Below are positions 25,405-32,000 of a DNA stretch of 32,000 bases, one piece after another. Position numbers and translations under genes: made by a program. This DNA is from Raphidiopsis brookii D9 (lineage in GTDB: Bacteria; Cyanobacteriota; Cyanobacteriia; Cyanobacteriales; Nostocaceae): assembly GCA_000175855.1 (NCBI GenBank), contig ACYB01000019.1, forward strand, positions 30,001 through 62,000, in the 5' to 3' direction. Positions within the stretch are counted from its first letter, which is position 1. Every line of letters begins with the position of its first letter. The notes beneath the pieces were generated by a model. The model was not told where the DNA came from. It made no database searches and saw only the letters and a list, made by a program, of their open reading frames with translations.

Positions 25405-25971
25405 ATGAGTCAGTTTTTGATTAATACTTTTACTAGTCTGAGTATGTTGGCAGCGTTTACCGTGATATCGGGTTGTAACATGTCCTTATTTGAGAATACA
25501 GATATTAAGGATGTTGTAGAGAAAGTAAGTGATGGGGACACACTGATATTAAGAGAAGGTGGTGGAGAAAAACACAAAGTACGACTGGGTTGTATAGATG
25601 CACCAGAGATACCCCATTCCTCTACGCAAAAGAGGAGTAAGAAAAGGCGGGATATGAATCAGTTTAATTGGGGGGTAAAGGCAAAAAATCGTCTGGCACA
25701 ATTGATTAAAAATTCAGGGGGTAGGGTGAAAATAAATGTTGTTGACCAAGACGAATATGGTAGAAAAGTTATAGAATTGCGGTTGAGAGATGATACTTTA
25801 GTACAAGAAGTTTTATTGACAGAAGGCTTGGCAAAAGTCTATCCGGAATACATGAAGCTATGTAGTAGTAAAGATATTATGCTACGGGCGCAAACCCAGG
25901 CCCAAAGACAAAAAATAGGAATCTGGGGTGATGATGAATTTATTAATCCCTGGGAATATCGCAAACTATAG
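25405..25971 (+). CDS. Thermonuclease (staphylococcal nuclease-like) lipoprotein
   Basis: ATG at 25405 gives MSQFLINTFTSLSMLAAFTVISGC with a lipobox (ISGC). SNase motifs are present: DGDTL, VRLGCIDAPE and DEYGRKV. Confidence 0.85.
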   Translation: MSQFLINTFTSLSMLAAFTVISGCNMSLFENTDIKDVVEKVSDGDTLILREGGGEKHKVRLGCIDAPEIPHSSTQKRSKKRRDMNQFNWGVKAKNRLAQLIKNSGGRVKINVVDQDEYGRKVIELRLRDDTLVQEVLLTEGLAKVYPEYMKLCSSKDIMLRAQTQAQRQKIGIWGDDEFINPWEYRKL

Positions 25972-26039
25972 GGATAAGTGGATGGCAACCCGGGTTTTTA
26001 AAAACTACAGTAGGATATATAATCTACAATTAATTTACG

Positions 26040-26879
26040 ATGAATAACAAATTACCCAAGTACGAATCCTTAGTGAAAACATCCGGTAGCTTGTCGGACC
26101 AACCGTTGATTGAACTCAGAGGTGTTTCTAAATCATTTGGAAGAACTAGGGTTTTAGACAGTGTAGATTTACAAATTTACAGAGGAGAAGCGCTGGGAAT
26201 TATTGGACCATCAGGAACGGGAAAATCAACCATCCTAAGAATTATAGCAGGCCTACTAGAACCCGATGCAGGAGAAATTTATATTCAAGGAAAAAAACGC
26301 AATGGTTTAATTGAGGATAATAAAGACCCCATTGGCATTGGCATGGTATTTCAACAGGCGGCCTTGTTTGATTCCTTAAATGTAGATGAAAATGTGGGAT
26401 TCCTATTATATCAAAAATCAAAACTAGCCCCCAATCGAATTCGCAACCTAGTCAACGAAAAATTAGAAATGGTGGGGTTATCAGCTGAAATTGCTAATCT
26501 TTACCCTTCGGAACTTTCCGGTGGGATGCGAAAAAGGGTAAGTTTTGCCCGTGCTATCATGTCCAATCCTGACTACCCTCGTGATACTCCGGAAGTTCTA
26601 CTATACGATGAACCCACTGCTGGGCTTGATCCAATCGCCTCTACCGTTATAGAGGATCTGATCCGTAACTTGCAACATACTCAGGGCGTTTGCAGTACTT
26701 ACTGCATTGTTACCCACCAAGATAGCACAATCAGACGCACAGCGGATAAGTTAATATTTCTTTACCAAGGCAAGGTACAATGGCAAGGTAAAATAAGTGA
26801 AATAGATTACACTGATAATCAGTTAATCAGACAATTTATGAGTGGTAGTATCCAGGGACCAATTCAGGTGATTGGCTAA
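26040..26879 (+). CDS. ABC transporter ATP-binding protein, MlaF/TGD3-like
   Basis: 279-aa ORF with Walker A GPSGTGKST, signature LSGGMRKR and Walker B LLYDEPTAGLD. An MCE protein gene follows it. Confidence 0.9.
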   Translation: MNNKLPKYESLVKTSGSLSDQPLIELRGVSKSFGRTRVLDSVDLQIYRGEALGIIGPSGTGKSTILRIIAGLLEPDAGEIYIQGKKRNGLIEDNKDPIGIGMVFQQAALFDSLNVDENVGFLLYQKSKLAPNRIRNLVNEKLEMVGLSAEIANLYPSELSGGMRKRVSFARAIMSNPDYPRDTPEVLLYDEPTAGLDPIASTVIEDLIRNLQHTQGVCSTYCIVTHQDSTIRRTADKLIFLYQGKVQWQGKISEIDYTDNQLIRQFMSGSIQGPIQVIG

Positions 26880-26903
26880 TAACCAGTATGAGAGGGGGAT
26901 TGA

Positions 26904-28322
26904 ATGAGTGGATTCAAAACTACAAGGACTTTTAGAGAAGGTGCAGTAGGATTAATTTTCCTAATTGGTTTGGGAGCATTTGGTGTGATTTTTTTATGGT
27001 TAAATCGAGTCACCCCAGGTCGTAGTTCCTATCAGGTAATAGTGGAATTTGCTGATGCTGGAGGTATGCAAAAAGGCGATCCGGTCCGCTATCGGGGGGT
27101 GAAAGTGGGTAGTATTGCCAGGATGACTACTAAACCAAATGCGGTGGAAGTCGAGCTGGAAATCAATGACCCCAATTTACTCATTCCTGCAGATTCAAGA
27201 ATAGAAGCTAATCAAAGTGGTTTAATCAGTGAAAGTATTGTTGATATCACTCCCATAGGCGATGTTACCTTAGATCCTAACACTGCTAAACCCCTGGATA
27301 AGGATTGTAATCCCGGTTTGATCATCTGTCATCAGTCCGGTAAGTTAAGGGGTCAAATTGGCACTAGTGTTGACAGACTGATTAGACAGTCGTCGGATTT
27401 TGCTGATAAATACGGAAATAAGGAATTTTACGATAATGTTAATCGGTTGTTAATTACTTCAACAGATGCAGCAGCTAGTATAGCTAAGCTAAGTCGAGAA
27501 TTACAAGTTGCTAGCAGAAGTTTTCAGGGAGAAGTGGGAAAATTTTCTGATACTGCTGTGACTATTCAACGTGCAACTAATGAACTTACTGCTACTACTA
27601 AACAAACAGCAGCACAGATTAATACAACCGCTGGTGATTTTAGTACAACGGCAAAGCAAGCAGGTAAACTAATTAACAATCTCGATGATTTATTGACCAC
27701 AAATCGTTCAGCATTAGTCAGTACTTTGAATAATATTAATGAAACAAGTAATCAATTGAGGCAAACAGTTAATGCGCTCTCACCAGCTGTAACCAGATTA
27801 ACCCAAGGAGATATACTCAAGAACCTGGAGATTCTGTCAGCTAATGCAGCAGAGGCTTCGATTAGTTTAAAAGATGCTAGTAAGACATTGGCAGATCCTA
27901 AAAACATAGTTTTATTGCAGCAAACACTGGATGCAGCAAGAGTCACCTTTGAAAATACTCAAAAAATCACATCTGATTTAGATGAGTTAACGGGAGATCC
28001 TAAATTCCGGCAAAATTTGTTGCAACTGGTCAATGGCTTGAATAAGTTGCTATCTTCCACAGGGGATATGCAGGAACAAACAAAAGTGGCCTTGACTTTG
28101 GACTCGATTAAACTATCAATCAATCAGGGTTCTAGTCAGTCTAAGTCAGAAACGACTTCCGATTTAGGAGTTAGCAATCATGGAGTAAAAGCAGAAAAGT
28201 TGGAAAAACAAGAAAATCGAGTGGTTCCTTCCGTTATTGTAACTCCTAATCCGGTGATAGAAATTACCCCTGTACCCGAGTTATTGCCAGAGCCAGTTTT
28301 GCCATCCTCCCAGGAACCCTAG
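26904..28322 (+). CDS. MlaD/MCE-domain protein (TGD2-like) with a long C-terminal helical extension
   Basis: 472-aa ORF with an N-terminal TM segment (GAVGLIFLIGLGAFGVIFLWL) and an MCE domain (YQVIVEFADAGGMQKGDPVRYRGVKVGSI...). About 330 further residues are rich in T/S/N/Q/L, ending in a P-rich tail. GAGGGGGA lies upstream of the ATG. Confidence 0.85.
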   Translation: MSGFKTTRTFREGAVGLIFLIGLGAFGVIFLWLNRVTPGRSSYQVIVEFADAGGMQKGDPVRYRGVKVGSIARMTTKPNAVEVELEINDPNLLIPADSRIEANQSGLISESIVDITPIGDVTLDPNTAKPLDKDCNPGLIICHQSGKLRGQIGTSVDRLIRQSSDFADKYGNKEFYDNVNRLLITSTDAAASIAKLSRELQVASRSFQGEVGKFSDTAVTIQRATNELTATTKQTAAQINTTAGDFSTTAKQAGKLINNLDDLLTTNRSALVSTLNNINETSNQLRQTVNALSPAVTRLTQGDILKNLEILSANAAEASISLKDASKTLADPKNIVLLQQTLDAARVTFENTQKITSDLDELTGDPKFRQNLLQLVNGLNKLLSSTGDMQEQTKVALTLDSIKLSINQGSSQSKSETTSDLGVSNHGVKAEKLEKQENRVVPSVIVTPNPVIEITPVPELLPEPVLPSSQEP

Positions 28323-28324
28323 AC

Positions 28325-28621
28325 CTAGTTCCAATCTTCTTCCTCTCTTTTAGCATGACTTTTGTAAATCCCGCCCAGATGGTGAATGGCTCGTGTTTTG
28401 ACAAAGAGTTCTTCCGTAGTTAAACCCCAGAGTTGTAAAATGCGGTCTAAATCATTCTGTAGGTCTCGAGCTCCTGGAAAACCCTGATATCTGATTTTTA
28501 GTCGAGCCAGTTCCGCTAAATTGTAATCTGTTTTCTCCTCAGATAGTAGACTATTAATAGTCAGGCGATCGCGGTGATAGCGGGGGTGATTTTGTTCTTT
28601 GGAGGGAGAAGTGTCTGTCAT
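28325..28621 (-). CDS. Conserved cyanobacterial hypothetical protein (DUF3288-like, from memory)
   Basis: 98-aa ORF with an ATG start and globular-looking composition. The family assignment is a recollection, not a check. Confidence 0.55.
   Translation of the reverse strand: MTDTSPSKEQNHPRYHRDRLTINSLLSEEKTDYNLAELARLKIRYQGFPGARDLQNDLDRILQLWGLTTEELFVKTRAIHHLGGIYKSHAKREEEDWN
28565..28572. repeat. HIP1 octamer GCGATCGC
   Basis: Exact octamer. Confidence 0.95.
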
Positions 28622-28694
28622 AAATATTACTTAAATATTACAGGTTTAAGTGGGAGAGGTGAATAATTGAGGATTGTTATATTATGTTATACCA

Positions 28695-28919
28695 TTATAA
28701 CAAATACAAAGCATACCATACCAGACCTATAATATGGGGATAGGAGTTAATGACGGCTACCACATCCAGGTTAATACGGCTCTCACCACTGCCAAATATG
28801 CTCAAATAAGGATATTCTGGATGTAATTCCAGTGTCTTTAAGACTATTGCCCAATTTCGGATCAAAGTGGTACTATTAAACCAACAACCCAAGAATAACC
28901 ATCTGCGGTGAGGATTCAT
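28695..28919 (-). CDS. Doubtful small ORF (74 aa, Trp-rich, hydrophobic C-terminus)
   Basis: This is the only ORF of 60 aa or more on this strand in the 541-bp gap upstream of clpC. It has no recognisable RBS or family and may be non-coding. Confidence 0.25.
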   Translation of the reverse strand: MNPHRRWLFLGCWFNSTTLIRNWAIVLKTLELHPEYPYLSIFGSGESRINLDVVAVINSYPHIIGLVWYALYLL

Positions 28920-30311
28920 CTTAAGTATGGAGAAATGCCAGCAGAAGCTTGGTTTATGTTAGTTCAGTACATCAGTACGAAGGATATGCTTGATAACTTT
29001 ATTCCTTCAACCTCTAGGGATAGGCAATATCAGGTTAACTCTAGGAACCGAAATTGGTCTACGAGGAGTTTACCCACTTATGCTAATTGGCACAGGTTGA
29101 ATAAAATCGATTAGTGTATTTGTTAGCAGTAGTTAGCAAAAATATCGGAGAAAGAACCCGCTATGTTTGAACACTTTACATCCGAAGCCATTAGGGTAAT
29201 TATGTTAGCGCAGGAGGAGGCACGCCGCCTGGGTCATAACTTTGTCGGCACAGAACAGATTCTCCTGGGCTTAATAGGGGAAGGAACAGGTGTTGCGGCG
29301 AAGGTTCTGACAGATTTGGGTGTGACCCTCAAGGATGCGCGTCGGGAAGTTGAAAAATTATTGGTAGGGGTTCTGGTTTCGTCCCACCCGAAATCCCTTT
29401 CACCCCGAAAGTCAAGAGTCTATTTGAGCAGTCTTTTAGAGAAGCTCACGGTCTTGGTCACAACTACATAAACACAGAACACTTATTGTTAGGATTAACT
29501 GATGCGGGAGAAGGGGTTGCAGCCAAGGTATTAAAGAGCCTTGGGATTGAACTACAGACAGTCCGCAGTAGAGTGATGAGTATATTGGGTGAAGATAATA
29601 GAGTGGTTGCTGGTCGTCAAGACAACCCCAGGCGCAACCAGAATCTCAGTATAGAAGAATTTGGACGTAACCTCACCAAGTTGGCCCAACAGGGGAGGTT
29701 AGATCCGGTAGTGGGTCGACAAACGGAGATTGAACGCACCGTACAAATATTGGGTCGTCGTACCAAGAATAATCCTGTGTTAATTGGTGAACCTGGGGTG
29801 GGGAAAACCGCAATTGCTGAAGGTTTAGCCCAACGGATTGTGAACCAGGATGTTCCCGAAATATTGCTGAATAAACAGGTAATTAGTCTGGATATGGGCT
29901 TGCTGGTTGCGGGAACACGCTTCCGGGGAGATTTTGAAGAGCGTCTGAAAAAGGTGATGGAGGATATTCGCTCCGTCGGCAATATTATCTTGGTGATTGA
30001 TGAAATTCACACTATTGTAGGTGCTGGCGGTACGGAAGGAGGTTTGGATGCGGCCAACATACTCAAACCCGCCCTGGCCAGGGGTGAACTACAATGTATC
30101 GGTGCCACCACTTTGGATGAATATCGGAAGTATATTGAGCGGGATGCAGCTTTAGAAAGACGTTTTCAACCAATTTTGGTAGGGGAACCATCAGTGGCAG
30201 AAACCATAGAAATTCTTCGAGGTCTGCGCAGTGCTTATGAGCAACATCACAAGGTAAATATTTCCGATGATGCGGTTATTGCTGCAGCTGAGTTATCAGA
30301 TAGGTACATCA

Positions 30312-30319
30312 GCGATCGC
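30312..30319. repeat. HIP1 octamer GCGATCGC
   Basis: Exact octamer. Confidence 0.95.
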
Positions 30320-30520
30320 TTTCTGCCTGATAAAGCCATAGACCTAATAGACGAAGCTGGTTCTCGGGTAAGGTTAAGGCACTCCCGAATCATTGATAAC
30401 AAAGAGCTGAAACAACAACTGAAAAATACCAGCCAGGAGAAAGCGGAAGCGGTAAGAGTTCAAGACTTTGGCAAAGCTAGTAAACTCCGTCAGGAAGAGC
30501 TAGATTTACAAACCCAACTA

Positions 30521-30528
30521 GCGATCGC
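30521..30528. repeat. HIP1 octamer GCGATCGC
   Basis: Exact octamer. Confidence 0.95.
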
Positions 30529-31642
30529 GCAAAATTTGCCCAGGATTACCATTCCCCAGGTAGACGAAGAGGATATTGCCGAAATAGTGTCCTCCTGGAC
30601 GGGAGTACCTGTCAATAAACTGACTGAATCTGAATCTGAGTTGTTGTTGCATCTAGAAGATACACTGCATAAAAGACTAATTGGACAGGAACAAGCGGTT
30701 ACAGCAGTTTCCCGTTCTCTTCGTCGCGCCCGCGTGGGGTTAAAAAGTCCTAATCGTCCCATAGCTAGTTTTATCTTCAGTGGACCTACAGGGGTGGGGA
30801 AAACCGAACTAGCTAAGGCTTTAGCAGCCTACTTCTTCGGTGCGGAAGATTCCATGATTCGTTTAGATATGTCCGAATACATGGAAAGCCATAATGTTTC
30901 CAAATTGATTGGTTCGCCTCCAGGTTACGTAGGGTACGATGAGGGTGGACAACTGACGGAGGCGGTAAGGCGTAAACCCTACACATTGCTGCTGTTTGAC
31001 GAAATTGAGAAAGCACATCCCGATGTGTTTAATATGTTGCTGCAAATCCTAGATGACGGTCATCTTACGGATGCTAAAGGTAGGAAAGTGGACTTCAAGA
31101 ACACCCTAATTATCTTGACATCCAACATTGGGTCTAAGTTAATTGAAAAGGGTGGTATGAGTTTAGGTTTTGAATTTGATAATCAGGCCAACGCTAGTTA
31201 CAATCGCATTCGCAATCTGGTCAACGAAGAACTTAAGTCCTATTTCCGTCCTGAATTTCTCAATCGAGTAGATGAGATTATCGTCTTCAGTCAGTTGAAT
31301 AAAGACGAGGTCAAAGAAATTTCCCAGATCATGCTTGAGGAAGTTGCTAAGCGTCTTCAGGAGAAAGGGATTAAGTTAGAGGTGACAGAAGCATTTAAAG
31401 ACCTAGTAGTTACGGAAGGCTATGATCCTAGTTATGGTGCTAGACCATTACGTCGGGCCATAATGAGACTATTAGAGGATTCCTTAGCGGAGGCCATTTT
31501 GTCCGGTGAGATTGGAGAAGATGACCAGGCCATTGTAGATGTTGATGACGATGGTTTGGTGAAGGTGAAGAAAGCAGAAACGCGTGACTTGGTACTAGTT
31601 AGTGCTCCTGCTTAATATTGGTAATGGTTAGTCCTTATCTTT

Positions 31643-31675
31643 CACAATTCCCATAGATTCTATCCATGGGAATTG
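31643..31675. terminator. Hairpin between convergent clpC and the downstream minus-strand ORF
   Basis: Perfect 11-bp inverted repeat acaattcccat (31643-31653) / atgggaattgt (31665-31675) with an 11-nt loop. There is no U-tract on either strand. Confidence 0.35.
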
Positions 31676-31695
31676 TCACTGGTGGGATTAAGTAA

Positions 31696-32000
31696 CTATA
31701 GTGCAAAGTCCATGGTCTCAATAAACTCCAAAATATTCTGCTTCATGTCCTCAGCTTCATCTAGAATGGAACCTCGAAGGTCACCAGTAAAAAATGTTCG
31801 TTGACTGCTAACTATATACAAAAAATTTCCATTCGTGAAAGTCAATAATCCACGGTATGCATCTAGTCTTGTTGGGTTACCATTGTTTTTTCGTTGGGAA
31901 ATGCTTGAACCTTTAGGCATGTCCACTAGCACATAATAGTAACTACTTAAAGTATCTTGGAGTAAGCTATCCTGTAGGTACTCAGTGTACTTTATTTCTG
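31696..32000 (-). CDS. Hypothetical protein, C-terminal fragment (ORF runs off the window edge)
   Basis: The frame stays open from 32000 down to the stop at 31696 (...EIKYTEYLQDSLLQDTLSSYYYVLVDMPKGSS...ETMDFAL). The ORF-track GTG at 31932 is only the first start inside the window. I recognise no family. Confidence 0.4.
   Translation of the reverse strand, partial: EIKYTEYLQDSLLQDTLSSYYYVLVDMPKGSSISQRKNNGNPTRLDAYRGLLTFTNGNFLYIVSSQRTFFTGDLRGSILDEAEDMKQNILEFIETMDFAL

Larger units (their letters stand above)
29163..31615 (+). pseudogene. clpC: ATP-dependent Clp protease ATP-binding subunit ClpC, interrupted by a single-base frameshift (or assembly error) at an A5 run
   Basis: Frame 0 (29163-29357) gives [49 protein letters not shown]...EVEK. 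The -1 frame from 29354 continues [47 protein letters not shown] and runs through both AAA+ modules ([16 protein letters not shown]) and the UVR-like middle region to 31615. Confidence 0.9.

Noticed and set aside
29351-29362. Programmed -1 ribosomal frameshift or transcriptional slippage in clpC
   Set aside because: An A5 run is short for transcriptional slippage. The heptamer T-GAA-AAA does not allow tandem tRNA re-pairing, and I see no obvious downstream stimulatory structure. Two other genes in the window show the same one-base homopolymer deficit, so an indel is more likely. Single-tRNA slippage is not formally excluded.
29617-31045. Five minus-strand ORFs antisense to clpC (29617-29982, 29825-30010, 30490-30762, 30813-31016, 30863-31045) and 27752-27946 antisense to the MCE gene
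   Set aside because: They are shadow ORFs of confidently identified genes.
1-32000. Search for CRISPR arrays, IS elements/transposases, integrases, prophage genes, restriction-modification or toxin-antitoxin pairs
   Set aside because: I found no regularly spaced repeats and no ORFs with transposase, integrase, methylase or toxin-like motifs. The only accessory-looking segment is the helicase cassette.

Overview
This 32-kb chromosomal segment looks cyanobacterial, probably from a filamentous Nostocales-like organism (inference). The support is an ocp-frp photoprotection pair, a cyanobacterial-type gshA, clpC, a GH57 branching enzyme, a Tab2-like ORF, and 12 copies of the HIP1 octamer GCGATCGC. 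I call about 26 protein-coding genes and 2 tRNAs. Most are ordinary housekeeping genes: uvrA, murA, trmL, a TrmH-family methylase, an Mla/TGD-like ATPase plus MCE protein, an M23 peptidase, an SLH envelope protein, a metallophosphoesterase and an alpha/beta hydrolase. I saw no CRISPR array, transposase, integrase or toxin-antitoxin pair. The region that housekeeping does not explain is an AT-rich minus-strand cassette at about 6.9-12.0 kb, between gshA and the SLH gene. It holds a 234-aa unknown ORF, a 1194-aa Upf1/IGHMBP2-like SF1 helicase and a 260-aa unknown ORF with an HTH-like N-terminus. In the helicase, about 770 residues separate Walker A from motif II, a very large insertion at the position of the 'prong' subdomain. 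No nuclease or other effector signature is visible. This is my best candidate for an undescribed system, but I cannot show from sequence alone that it is accessory or defensive. A second theme is three reading-frame breaks, in clpC, at the SLH signal peptide and at the unknown-ORF/helicase junction. Each would be repaired by adding one base to a short homopolymer, which points to assembly indel errors or less likely real pseudogenisation. All family calls rest on motif recognition from memory, with no database search.
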